Shown here: positions 10,544-19,728 of the stretch, one piece after another
Numbering within the stretch: position 1 is the first letter of the stretch
Layout: each line of letters begins with the position of its first letter
Assembly: GCA_039810425.1 (NCBI GenBank)
Contig: JBDHWW010000038.1
Span: 1-28,487 of the forward strand
Length of the DNA: 28,487 nt
Direction of reading: 5' to 3'
Origin: Pseudobdellovibrionaceae bacterium
Lineage (GTDB): Bacteria > Bdellovibrionota > Bdellovibrionia > Bdellovibrionales > Bdellovibrionaceae
Position numbers and translations under genes: made by a program
The notes under the pieces: model-generated
The model's database searches: none
What the model saw: only the letters and a program-made list of their open reading frames with translations
What the model was told of the DNA's origin: nothing

Positions 10544-11992
10544 CTACTTCGTAACTTCCCAAAAACTTCCTTCAGGGGTGTCGCTGACGGAAATTCCCAT
10601 ATCCGTCAGCCTTTTGCGAAGCTCGTCGGATTTGGCGAAGTCTTTATTCGCCCGCGCCTGAGATCGCTCCGCAACCACGACATCCACATCCGCGCGCTGG
10701 ATTTTCATTTTTTCCAGCAGCATATTATCGAGTTTCAACAAGAAACCATCCGCAGGCTCTTGGAACATCGCCATAAGCTTGCCGAATTTATGGACGAAAT
10801 CAACGAAGCTCTGTGCTTTACCCAGCACCGCCGGGTTCGCCTTAATCCCCCGCTTTACTTGATTGTTGAACTGGCGAACCACTTCAAACAACGCCGCAAC
10901 CGCATTTGGAGTCCCGAAATCATCATTCAACGCTTCCCCGGTTTTGCCCCAGGCCTCTTGCGTGATCTTTTCAAAGCCCGCATCCGGTGGCGCCTTTTGA
11001 CCGGCCAGCAAGCTTTCCGCCACGGCCATTGCAGAGTATATACGTGCTAAGTTTGAAACTGCGCGGTCGACCGCATCGTCACTAAAGTCGCTTGGCGAGC
11101 GGTAATGCACGGACAGGATCATCCATTTATAAATCTCCGCATTGTATTTTCCCAAGAACTCACGCATGGTCACGAAGTTACCCAGGGACTTTGACATCTT
11201 CTGATTGCCAAAGTTTAGCATGTTCCAATGCATCCAATATTTTACAAAATGCTTGCCTGTGCAGCCTTCACTCTGAGCGATTTCATTTTCATGGTGCGGG
11301 AAGATCAAATCCGTTCCCCCACCGTGAATGTCAATCTGATCACCGAAGATCTTTTCAACCATCGCCGAACACTCGATGTGCCAACCAGGACGGCCCGGCC
11401 CCCACGGAGACGGCCATGAGGGCTCTCCCGGCTTTGCCCCCTTCCAGAGCGCAAAATCCAACGGGTTTTTTTTCTTTTGATCAATTTCAACCCGCGCACC
11501 GGCCTGCAAGTCTTCGACATTGCGGCCGCTGAGTTTTCCATACGAAGGAAAGGTCCCGATCGAGTAAAGAACGTCGCCGTCGGCGACATAGGCTTTTTTA
11601 TTTTCAACCAGCTTTGTGACGATGGTACGGATTTCACCCATGCTCTCGGTCACTTTCGGATTGTGATCATGCGGACGAAGCCCCAGTGCCGCGAAGTCTT
11701 TTTTATATTCTACAATGTACTTCTCGGCCAGATCCTGAGGATTCACGCCTTGAACCTTTGCGCTCTCGATGATCTTGTCATCAACATCCGTAAAGTTCAG
11801 AGCATAGTCGACCTTGTAACCAAGCGTCTCAAGCCAATTACGAACAAGATTAAAGAACACCACACCACGGAAGTTCCCGACATGCAGAAAATTATAAACC
11901 GTCGGCCCACAGACGTAAATTTTTACTTTGCCCGGCTCAAGCGGCTCAAAGTTTTCTAATTTCCTGGATTCGGTGTTGTGTATACGAAGCAT
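10544..11992 (-). CDS. cysS: Cysteine--tRNA ligase
   Basis: YVCGPTVY..HVGN, GRPGWHIECSAM, DIHGGG.DL.FPHHENE, KMSKSLGN. Confidence 0.98.
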   Translation of the reverse strand: MLRIHNTESRKLENFEPLEPGKVKIYVCGPTVYNFLHVGNFRGVVFFNLVRNWLETLGYKVDYALNFTDVDDKIIESAKVQGVNPQDLAEKYIVEYKKDFAALGLRPHDHNPKVTESMGEIRTIVTKLVENKKAYVADGDVLYSIGTFPSYGKLSGRNVEDLQAGARVEIDQKKKNPLDFALWKGAKPGEPSWPSPWGPGRPGWHIECSAMVEKIFGDQIDIHGGGTDLIFPHHENEIAQSEGCTGKHFVKYWMHWNMLNFGNQKMSKSLGNFVTMREFLGKYNAEIYKWMILSVHYRSPSDFSDDAVDRAVSNLARIYSAMAVAESLLAGQKAPPDAGFEKITQEAWGKTGEALNDDFGTPNAVAALFEVVRQFNNQVKRGIKANPAVLGKAQSFVDFVHKFGKLMAMFQEPADGFLLKLDNMLLEKMKIQRADVDVVVAERSQARANKDFAKSDELRKRLTDMGISVSDTPEGSFWEVTK

Positions 11993-11995
11993 CCC

Positions 11996-13465
11996 CTACC
12001 CAATCTTTGCCAAGACTTTGTTTGCACGATCCACCAACGAAGACGTCTTAATCAGCGGCACGAGATCTTTTAATTCAGTTCCATGCGGCTGCCCGATCAC
12101 TGCCACGCGAATCGGCTGGAACAAGTTCTTGCCTTTCGCGTTGGCTTTCATCTTCACTTCGTCTTGGAGTTTTAAAAACTCATCACCCGTAAGATAATCT
12201 TTGCCAGAGGCCTGAACCACGTCACGCCAAGCAGCCAAAACAGCTTTGGTTGGCTCCCATGCCAAAGCTTCATCCGCTTCCGGCAATATCGTAAAGGATT
12301 TGTCGCTGAGCGGCCGATACAGCTCGATGGCGTCAACCAATGTTTCCATTTTCGGCTTAAACGCCGCTACGGATCTTTCCTGCCAAGCGGGATCATTTGG
12401 AAACTCCATGTGTTCGCGTGCAAGGAACGGCTGAATCTCTTTCCAAAGGTTCGCATCCGAAAGCGCGCGCAAGTGCATCGCGTTCACCCATCTGAACTTC
12501 ACGCGGTTAAAGACCGCTCCCTGCGCCTGCAGACGAGAAATATCAAAGTGCTTCGCCATATCGTCGATATCAAAGATTTCTTTGCCTTCAGGATGTGACC
12601 AACCCAGAAGTGCGATGAAGTTCAAAACCGCGCCTGGTAAATAACCTTCTTGCTTGAGCTGGCCGCAAGCGACGGCCCCCTTACGCTTCGACAACTTTTG
12701 ACGGTCATCATCCAGAATCAAAGAAATATGACCGAACTGGGGCGGCATCCATCCCATCGCTTCGTAAATCATCAACTGACGGAGCGTATTCGGCAGATGT
12801 TCCTCCGCACGGAAAACATGGCTCATCTCCATGAGGTGATCGTCGATCACACAGCAGAAGTTATAGACCGGCATACCTCCTGAACGAAGAAGCACGAAAT
12901 CCCCAACCATATCAGAGGGAAACTTCACTTCGCCACGAACGAGGTCATTAAAAATATAATCTTTTTTAAGGTCGCGAGTTTTAAAACGGACAACCGCTTT
13001 ACCACCCTCGGCGATTCTCTTCTGCGCTTGCGCAAGAGTCCAATCCTGATAGGGAGAATTGATTTGCGGCGCCCGACCGGCTCTGATCGCCACTTCACGC
13101 TGCTGTTCAATTTCCACATCCGTCAAAAAGCAGTAGTAGGCTTTGCCCTCGGCTAAAAGCCTATCCGCAACTTCCTTGTAGAAGTGCTGACGCTCGCTCT
13201 GCTTGTAGGGCCCGAGTGGTCCCATGTCTTTGAGTGTGACAGGATCAACGCCCTCTTTCCAAAGAAGGTTCAACCAAACCATGTCATCCACCACCCCACG
13301 CAGAGATTCAGATGTCGAGCGGGCCTCGTCGGTATCTTCGATACGCAAGATGAAATCGCCGCCGTTTTTCTTTGCAAAGAGATAGTTGTAAAGTGCTGTA
13401 CGAGCACCGCCAACATGTAAATAACCGGTCGGAGAGGGAGCAAAGCGAACACGAACTTTAGACAT
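11996..13465 (-). CDS. gltX: Glutamate--tRNA ligase
   Basis: VRVRFAPSPTGYLHVGG (HIGH), LRIEDTD, KLSKR; ATG at 13465 with GAGGT SD. Confidence 0.97.
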   Translation of the reverse strand: MSKVRVRFAPSPTGYLHVGGARTALYNYLFAKKNGGDFILRIEDTDEARSTSESLRGVVDDMVWLNLLWKEGVDPVTLKDMGPLGPYKQSERQHFYKEVADRLLAEGKAYYCFLTDVEIEQQREVAIRAGRAPQINSPYQDWTLAQAQKRIAEGGKAVVRFKTRDLKKDYIFNDLVRGEVKFPSDMVGDFVLLRSGGMPVYNFCCVIDDHLMEMSHVFRAEEHLPNTLRQLMIYEAMGWMPPQFGHISLILDDDRQKLSKRKGAVACGQLKQEGYLPGAVLNFIALLGWSHPEGKEIFDIDDMAKHFDISRLQAQGAVFNRVKFRWVNAMHLRALSDANLWKEIQPFLAREHMEFPNDPAWQERSVAAFKPKMETLVDAIELYRPLSDKSFTILPEADEALAWEPTKAVLAAWRDVVQASGKDYLTGDEFLKLQDEVKMKANAKGKNLFQPIRVAVIGQPHGTELKDLVPLIKTSSLVDRANKVLAKIG

Positions 13466-13476
13466 TATGAACCTCA

Positions 13477-13510
13477 AAACAAAAAGAGCCCGGGGTTTAT
13501 CCCAGGCTCT
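13477..13510 (-). terminator. Terminator-like hairpin immediately upstream of the gltX SD
   Basis: Minus strand AGAGCCUGGG-AUAAAC-CCCGGGCUCU (10 bp, one G.U pair) followed by UUUUGUUUU. Confidence 0.6.
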
Positions 13511-13512
13511 CA

Positions 13513-13541
13513 ATAATGTCTAATTTTCGGAGAAAAATCAA
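13513..13541 (-). promoter_or_regulatory. Candidate sigma70 promoter for gltX-cysS
   Basis: TTGATT (13541-13536), 17 nt, CATTAT (13518-13513). Confidence 0.5.
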
Positions 13542-13601
13542 TGTTCCGGGGATAGGATATGGAGGGGCGGAGCCCCACAGTCCCACTTCAACCTCGCTCT
13601 A

Positions 13602-14096
13602 TTAGGGAACTACGCCGAAGATCGCCTTCACTTCTTCTTCCTTGAAAAGCTCCTCTTGGCTTGTCGCCAAAGTCAGCTCTTTCAGAAGCAAAGTACGTGC
13701 TGTATCGAGCATCTTGCGCTCACCAAAACTCAGCTCTTTATCCACTTTCAGCAAGAACAAGTCGCGCAAAACTTCCGCGATTTCGAAAACAGAACCTGTT
13801 TTAATCTTTTCCATGTATTCGCGATAACGACGATTCCAAGTCTGGTTGTCAATTTTAACGTCTGTTTCGCGCAGAATGCTTACCACACGGCCAGCTTCTT
13901 CTTTAGAGATAATCGGGCGAAGACCAACAGACTCCACGTTGTCACGCGGAATCATGATTTTCATGCCTGTATCAAGAATCTGGATAGAATAAAAAGTCTG
14001 TTTGTTACCGAGGATCTCTTTTGTTTCAATTGCCGTGACTCTACCCACACCGTGGCCTGGATAAACCGCATTGTCACCAACCTTAAAAGTCACCAT
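13602..14096 (-). CDS. carD: CarD/CdnL family RNA polymerase-binding transcription factor
   Basis: FKVGD.AVYPGHGVG and conserved TWNRRYR; 164 aa with no HMGA tail, so CdnL type; GGGAGG SD before ATG 14096. Confidence 0.95.
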   Translation of the reverse strand: MVTFKVGDNAVYPGHGVGRVTAIETKEILGNKQTFYSIQILDTGMKIMIPRDNVESVGLRPIISKEEAGRVVSILRETDVKIDNQTWNRRYREYMEKIKTGSVFEIAEVLRDLFLLKVDKELSFGERKMLDTARTLLLKELTLATSQEELFKEEEVKAIFGVVP

Positions 14097-14267
14097 CGGA
14101 AGACCTCCCTCTTTAGGCTCAAAATCACTTTCAGCTGCTAGCAATTCTACAGATTCCCCACCCATAAAAATGCCAACCACAAGACGAACACGCCGAGAAC
14201 ATAATTAGAGCCTTGGAGTTTTTAACAAATTTGACACGAGTTATCAAACGAAAGCCGATTCGGCTGG

Positions 14268-14304
14268 AAAAAATACAAAAAGGCCACGTCTTTGACGAGG
14301 CCTT
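14268..14304 (-). terminator. Intrinsic terminator after the S8 protease gene
   Basis: Minus strand AAGGCC-U-CGUC-AAA-GACG-U-GGCCUU followed by UUUGUAUUUUUU. Confidence 0.7.
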
Positions 14305-14331
14305 CCATAAGTAATTTCAATAACTTACAAC

Positions 14332-16449
14332 TTACATCTCACGCGCTGTATAAACTAGAGCGTAAGGCTGTTTCCCATTTTTGCCCTGAGGAACTTTCGC
14401 ACCAGACACTGTCAACGTGTATGTACCCGCTGGAAGATTCGCAAGCTCGATCACTTCGTTGTTGTTCACATGATCGTTCTTGTTCACGGTTTGACCATTC
14501 CCCGTCAAAGTCAGGTCAAGATCGTTCACCAAAGCTACTGCGGCATCCGGAGAAGCCGGGGCATCCGTGTAAACCAAGTTCGCCAAGAGCGAACCAGGAG
14601 CCGTGAGAGTCACAGTCACGCTGACTTGCTCACCTTGACCCACACCCGTTTTATTATCAACGAACTGGGTTTTGTTAGTAAGATTGGCAACATTTGAAAC
14701 ATCTGTACGGCCATAACCCTCATCAGAGTTTGGACGGCGAGTGATCAATTCCTGACCGCGAGCCGCGCCGGCTTCGCCATATTGGCCTGGGTACATATCT
14801 ACCGCGGTGTGAAGCATTGTGGCCTTCAACAAAGCGGCTGATGGGCTGGCAATTTGGAATTTCTCTTGCAGCACTTGGCGAGTCACCGCCGCCGCACCAG
14901 CAACAAGCGGAGTCGCCATTGAAGTACCTCCAGAATACGCGTAGTCCGCATTGTAAGCACCCCAAAGATCGCTGCTACCCGCAACATGAGAGCGGTTGCT
15001 TAAGATGTTAGTCCCCGGAGCCACGATTTCGGGCTTCGTACGGCCATCCAGAGTAGGACCACGAGAAGAGAACATCGCCACACCGTTGATATTGTCAGAG
15101 ATGTAAGAGCTGTAGATTGGCTCCGCACTCCACTCGTCCGCAGCCGCGCGCAACTTGCTGATAGGAACCTGGATACCGCCCGTGCTGAGCAAGTTTTCAG
15201 AAGCACCTACAGTCAAAGCGTTCTTCGCCGTGCCCGGAGAAGAGATAGAGCCCGAATCAATACGGCCATCTTTGTTTTTATCGACGCCGCTGTTGCCCGC
15301 TGCGAATACGATCAACATGTCTGGATTGTTAAACATGAAGTCGTCAACGCTGGAGGCGTAGTTATCATAGGCTCCGAAGTTGCGAGCCGCACCCCAGGAA
15401 TTAGAGTGAACGCGCGCACCGTCCGCGTAGGCTTTAGAAAACAAGTCCTGGATTTTAGATGGAACCGTGAGGTTCTTCATCATCGGAGACCACATGCCCT
15501 CAGGGATGAAAGTCGCCTCATAAGCGCCCCCGTGGATTCTACCGCTGGAAGCTGTTCCGCGCCCAAGGATAGAGCCCGCGACATGGGTCCCGTGCCCCAT
15601 AGGATCTTCCCAGCTCTTTGCAAAAAGACCGAAGATGTAGCCTTTAATTACCGCCCCCTGAAAATCCGGAGACAAATTGCCGTCCCCATTATCAAGGCCC
15701 GTGTCAGCCATCGAAACGATTTGATTGCGGCCGCGATAACCCATTGCCCAAGCCGTGTCGAATTTCATCACTTTCGTGCCGGTTTCATAACCGTTGATAT
15801 CAGAATAGTCGCCAGCACCTTGCGACACTGCCACATCACTTTGATCGTCAAAAGTCATATGCATTGGTTTCATGTCGACGTAAGGCTGAACGTGCTCAAC
15901 TCCTTGAATCGCAGCCACGCTACGAACCATCGTGCGCGGAACAACCGCAACGACCGATTTGCCATCAGCAACATGAACTGTCGATTGCGGCAAGTTTTTG
16001 ATCGCCAAGGCGATGTCTTTTGTTTCTGTCGCTTTGAATGTTTTTACCAAGACGGCGGTTTGTTCTTCCTTATTGAAGATAGAAACTGGATCGAAATTCG
16101 TGCTAATTTTGTATTCAGGTTTGAATGGCAAAACCGCTTCAACATTTGCATGGTTACGCCATTGTTGAATTTTCGCACTGGAAGCACGAACCATCAAAGC
16201 ATCATCCGGAAGATAGCCGAAGATTTCAGCACCGATGGCTTTCAATTCCCTTGTGTCTTTTTCCGTGATCGCATTTTTAAACTGAACGATCAAATCTTGT
16301 GACGCCGAAACGTTCGTTTGAGCCTTCAAAAGGCTCTCCGCGCGTTTCGTTTCGAAAGTCCCCGCGTTTAAGCGCAGCATCGTGCCCGCTTGCGCTTTCA
16401 TTGCCGACAAAGACGCTGCTACTAGGATGTACTTTGAAAGTGTGTTCAC
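14332..16449 (-). CDS. Secreted subtilisin-family (S8, KP-43-like) serine protease with propeptide and C-terminal beta domain
   Basis: Triad motifs DTGLD, HGTHVAG, GGTSMATP; oxyanion AAGN; GTG start 16449 after GGAGGAGG SD; signal peptide. Confidence 0.95.
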   Translation of the reverse strand: MNTLSKYILVAASLSAMKAQAGTMLRLNAGTFETKRAESLLKAQTNVSASQDLIVQFKNAITEKDTRELKAIGAEIFGYLPDDALMVRASSAKIQQWRNHANVEAVLPFKPEYKISTNFDPVSIFNKEEQTAVLVKTFKATETKDIALAIKNLPQSTVHVADGKSVVAVVPRTMVRSVAAIQGVEHVQPYVDMKPMHMTFDDQSDVAVSQGAGDYSDINGYETGTKVMKFDTAWAMGYRGRNQIVSMADTGLDNGDGNLSPDFQGAVIKGYIFGLFAKSWEDPMGHGTHVAGSILGRGTASSGRIHGGAYEATFIPEGMWSPMMKNLTVPSKIQDLFSKAYADGARVHSNSWGAARNFGAYDNYASSVDDFMFNNPDMLIVFAAGNSGVDKNKDGRIDSGSISSPGTAKNALTVGASENLLSTGGIQVPISKLRAAADEWSAEPIYSSYISDNINGVAMFSSRGPTLDGRTKPEIVAPGTNILSNRSHVAGSSDLWGAYNADYAYSGGTSMATPLVAGAAAVTRQVLQEKFQIASPSAALLKATMLHTAVDMYPGQYGEAGAARGQELITRRPNSDEGYGRTDVSNVANLTNKTQFVDNKTGVGQGEQVSVTVTLTAPGSLLANLVYTDAPASPDAAVALVNDLDLTLTGNGQTVNKNDHVNNNEVIELANLPAGTYTLTVSGAKVPQGKNGKQPYALVYTAREM

Positions 16450-16513
16450 TTCCCCTCCTCCTTGGATGTTTGAGAAAATCAGATCACGCAGCCAAACAAG
16501 TGTATAGCAAAAA

Positions 16514-16613
16514 GGGTACGCCGTACCTTTTTCGGATGCGGCGCAAGATTTTGACAACGATCCGGCTTATAATTACGACTCCGCACTGCATCCGAAAAAG
16601 GTACGGCGTACCC
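16514..16613. repeat. Perfect 26-bp inverted repeat of REP-like palindromic arms with a 48-bp spacer
   Basis: GGGTACGCCGTACCTTTTTCGGATGC (16514-16539) and its exact reverse complement (16588-16613); each arm carries an internal GGTAC-N3-GTACC hairpin plus a T/A run. Confidence 0.92.
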
Positions 16614-16614
16614 C

Positions 16615-18690
16615 CTAGGCGGGGCCGTGGGTTTTTGTCAGTTCTTCGCGCAAGGCTTGGTTTTCCGCGAACTTTAATTGTGCATCTTTGCGCAGAACTT
16701 CGAACGCCGCTTCGCGGGCTTCTTGTAAAATCGAAATATCACGAACGAGATTTGCCATTTTAAATCCTGGCAGGCCCGACTGGCGGGTGCCCATAAATTC
16801 TCCAGGTCCACGCATCTCCAAATCAAATTCAGCGATCTTAAAACCATCGGTTGTACGCTCCATGAACTCCGTGCGCTGCTTGGCCTCTTCAGACACCGCA
16901 TAGCCCATAATAAGGATGCAATAGCTTTTGTGCGCGCCCCGCCCGACACGGCCGCGTAACTGATGGAGCTGCGACAAACCGAAACGTTCGGCATGTTCAA
17001 TGATCATAATATTGGCATTCGGAACGTCGACACCGACCTCAATCACCGTGGTTGAAACAAGCACCTGCAACTCGCCGGCACGGAACCGATCCATCACGTC
17101 GTCTTTTTCCTGCGCCTTCATTTTGCCGTGCAACAGCCCTAACCGAAGCTTCGGAAACATTTGCCGAAGCTTTTCAAATTCACTGATGGCGTCTTTCAAG
17201 TCGATTTTTTCACTCTCAGCCACGAGCGGATAAACGATATACGCCTGACGGCCCTTTTCAATCTGTTCAACCAGGAACTGCAAAGCCGCTGATTTTTTAT
17301 TGTCAAAAACAGCGCGGGTTTGAATTGGACTGCGCCCCGGCGGCATCTCATCTATAATAGAGACATCCAAATCCCCATACACCGTCATCGCCAGAGTCCG
17401 CGGAATTGGAGTTGCCGTCATCACCAAGAAATGCGGTGAACGGGCCTTGTTTTTCAAAACACCCCTTTGCTCAACACCGAAACGATGTTGCTCATCGATA
17501 ATCACGAGCGCCAAGGATTTGAATGCCACTTCATCTTCAATCAAAGCATGGGTCCCGATAAGGAAATCAATCCCACCGTCAGCTAAATTTTGCAGCAGCT
17601 CTTTACGCTGGGCAGTTTTGGTTTTTCCGGTCAGCAATCCCAATTTCAACCCCAGGGGAATGAGGAGTTTTTGGGCATTTTTAAAGTGCTGCTCCGCTAA
17701 GATCTCAGTCGGCACCATCAAACAGCTCTGCATGCCGCTTTCTGCAGCAAATACCGCCGCCATGAAGCTCACCAAAGTTTTCCCGGAGCCCACATCCCCC
17801 TGAATCATTCGGTGCATCGGGGTTGGTTTTTCCAAATCGGCTTTGATTTCTTGAAAGGTCTTTTTCTGGGCATTTGTCAGCGCAAACGGCAGAGATTTTT
17901 GCAAAGCCGCGATTTTTACCCCATCACTGCGTAAGGCGACTCCCTGCTCTTTTTCAAAGCCGATTTTCTTCGACGCGAGAAGCAACTCCAGCCAAAAAAA
18001 CTCCTCAAATATGATCCGGCGATGAGCCGGCGTTTTGAGTTCAGCGTAAGCGGTGCCTAAACCCGGGTCCGGATTGTGGAGGAGGTTCAATGCCTTTCGG
18101 CGCGAAATCAGTCCATACTTTTGCAGAATCCACGGCGGCAACAATTCCACCGGCCAGTTCTCATCCGGAATCTGCTGCAAAGAGGTCTTGATCAGACGAT
18201 GGATTTTCGACGTGCCGAAACCTTCAATCTCGGTATAGAGAGGAATCAACGCATCGCCAGTTTCTTCTTCTGGGTCCACGTCACGAATGTCGGGATGATG
18301 AAATTCCGCACGGCCGCGATAATCTGTTACTTTTCCGACCACCCGGACTTCTTTGAACGGCGTGAAGCGTTCAAAGTAACCTTTGTAAGGAACACGGAAA
18401 AACTTGCACTTGATTTGCCCGGAAGAATCGCGGACGACCACATCATACATTTTTCTGTGGGATTTTCCCATGTTGATACTCGAAACAGAAACCACTTGAG
18501 CCTTCACACTCACAATATCCCCGACTTTAAGGCTGGCAATGTTACGAGCCGCCCGCTGATCTTCATAAGCACGTGGGTAAAACTCCAAAAGTTCACCCAC
18601 GGTGCGGATACCGTGTCTTGAAAAGAGCGCAGCCAGTTTGGGGCCGACTCCTTTGAGGTACTGTAGTGAGGTGTCTAGACGAAGGGCCAT
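16615..18690 (-). CDS. recG: ATP-dependent DNA helicase RecG
   Basis: LKGVGPK start, wedge/OB domain, QGDVGSGKT, DEQHRFG, MTATPIPRTL, QLHQLRGRVGRG, TRG motif; ATG 18690 (MALRLD). Confidence 0.97.
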   Translation of the reverse strand: MALRLDTSLQYLKGVGPKLAALFSRHGIRTVGELLEFYPRAYEDQRAARNIASLKVGDIVSVKAQVVSVSSINMGKSHRKMYDVVVRDSSGQIKCKFFRVPYKGYFERFTPFKEVRVVGKVTDYRGRAEFHHPDIRDVDPEEETGDALIPLYTEIEGFGTSKIHRLIKTSLQQIPDENWPVELLPPWILQKYGLISRRKALNLLHNPDPGLGTAYAELKTPAHRRIIFEEFFWLELLLASKKIGFEKEQGVALRSDGVKIAALQKSLPFALTNAQKKTFQEIKADLEKPTPMHRMIQGDVGSGKTLVSFMAAVFAAESGMQSCLMVPTEILAEQHFKNAQKLLIPLGLKLGLLTGKTKTAQRKELLQNLADGGIDFLIGTHALIEDEVAFKSLALVIIDEQHRFGVEQRGVLKNKARSPHFLVMTATPIPRTLAMTVYGDLDVSIIDEMPPGRSPIQTRAVFDNKKSAALQFLVEQIEKGRQAYIVYPLVAESEKIDLKDAISEFEKLRQMFPKLRLGLLHGKMKAQEKDDVMDRFRAGELQVLVSTTVIEVGVDVPNANIMIIEHAERFGLSQLHQLRGRVGRGAHKSYCILIMGYAVSEEAKQRTEFMERTTDGFKIAEFDLEMRGPGEFMGTRQSGLPGFKMANLVRDISILQEAREAAFEVLRKDAQLKFAENQALREELTKTHGPA

Positions 18691-18697
18691 GTTGATC

Positions 18698-18726
18698 AAA
18701 TTTCCATCTTTTGATTTTCGAGTCAA
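18698..18726 (-). promoter_or_regulatory. Candidate sigma70 promoter for recG, placed for a leaderless mRNA
   Basis: TTGACT (18726-18721), 17 nt ending in TGn, AAATTT (18703-18698), then 7 nt to the ATG; no SD. Confidence 0.45.
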
Positions 18727-18749
18727 TAATTCCATGGAATAATAGGGAC

Positions 18750-19697
18750 ATGCAGCAGGAAGCTTATTTTAGAATACGTCTCAGTACGATCCGAGCGTCG
18801 AAAGCGACGTCTTTCGATATCTTCATTAATATCAACGGCCAAATGGTTCACTACTTGAAAGCCGGCGATAAGCTCTCAGAACTTAAGATTGAATCTCTGC
18901 ACAACAAAGACACTGGCAATTCTTTCTTCGTTCCTACTGCACAAAAAGAAGCCTATCGCGATTGGGTAAAGGAAGAGATGAATTCAAATGATTTAAATCC
19001 GTTTGAAAAATCAAAAATCCTGCGCGAGTCGTCTGTCGCGCTGATGGAAGATTTATTTGAAAACCCTGACGTGAATACGGCGTTGGATGAATCCCGACCG
19101 ATCATCAAAAACTTCATCGACTTCATGGAGAGCGCACCCGAGGCGATGGGTTACATGATCAGCCTGTCGGGCCATGATTTCTACACTTACAATCACTCTC
19201 TCGATGTGAGCATTTATTCGTTGGGACTTGGCACAGCGTTGAGTTTCAACAAAGCCGACCTCGAAGAGCTTGGCGTGGGTTCGCTGTTTCACGATATCGG
19301 CAAGCGCAATGTCAGCCTCGATATTTTATGCAAAAAAGGTGGTTTGGACGACGCTGAGTGGGAACAAATGAAGCGCCACCCTCAATACGGCCTGATGATT
19401 CTCAATCAAAACCCCAACATCAGCGATGCCATCAAGGCGACCTGCTTTGAACATCACGAAAGCTTCGCCGGAAATGGATACCCGCAAGGGATTTCTGGAC
19501 AGGAAATTCACCCTTTCGCACGCATTGTCGCCATCACGGATACCTATGATGCCATGACAACTCAGCGGTCCTACAACGTGCCTCTGAAGCCTTTCGACGC
19601 CGTCTCCATGATGAAAGAAAAGCTCGCGGGCCGCTATGATCCTGAGTTCTTAAAGGCGATGTATTCCGTGTTGTTTAAACTTAGCAAAGCGGCCTGA
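18750..19697 (+). CDS. HD-GYP phosphodiesterase with RxxN motif (probable 3',3'-cGAMP PDE)
   Basis: YTYNHS, FHDIGK, HPQYG, HHE..GNGYP, DTYDAMTTQRSYN; ATG at 18750. Confidence 0.92.
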   Translation: MQQEAYFRIRLSTIRASKATSFDIFININGQMVHYLKAGDKLSELKIESLHNKDTGNSFFVPTAQKEAYRDWVKEEMNSNDLNPFEKSKILRESSVALMEDLFENPDVNTALDESRPIIKNFIDFMESAPEAMGYMISLSGHDFYTYNHSLDVSIYSLGLGTALSFNKADLEELGVGSLFHDIGKRNVSLDILCKKGGLDDAEWEQMKRHPQYGLMILNQNPNISDAIKATCFEHHESFAGNGYPQGISGQEIHPFARIVAITDTYDAMTTQRSYNVPLKPFDAVSMMKEKLAGRYDPEFLKAMYSVLFKLSKAA

Positions 19698-19728
19698 TAG
19701 CAACTCCGCTTTTCCGTTCGGGGTCCCT

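Noticed and set aside
13466..13601. T-box riboswitch upstream of gltX-cysS
   Set aside because: No UGGNACC T-box motif, and 136 bp is too short for stem I plus antiterminator.
15406..16302. 298-aa plus-strand ORF and the many other short ORFs overlapping core genes
   Set aside because: Antisense or off-frame shadows inside well-supported genes.
16551..16573. Canonical sigma70 promoter TTGACA...TATAAT
   Set aside because: The spacer is 11 nt, not 16-18; kept only as part of the inverted-repeat finding.
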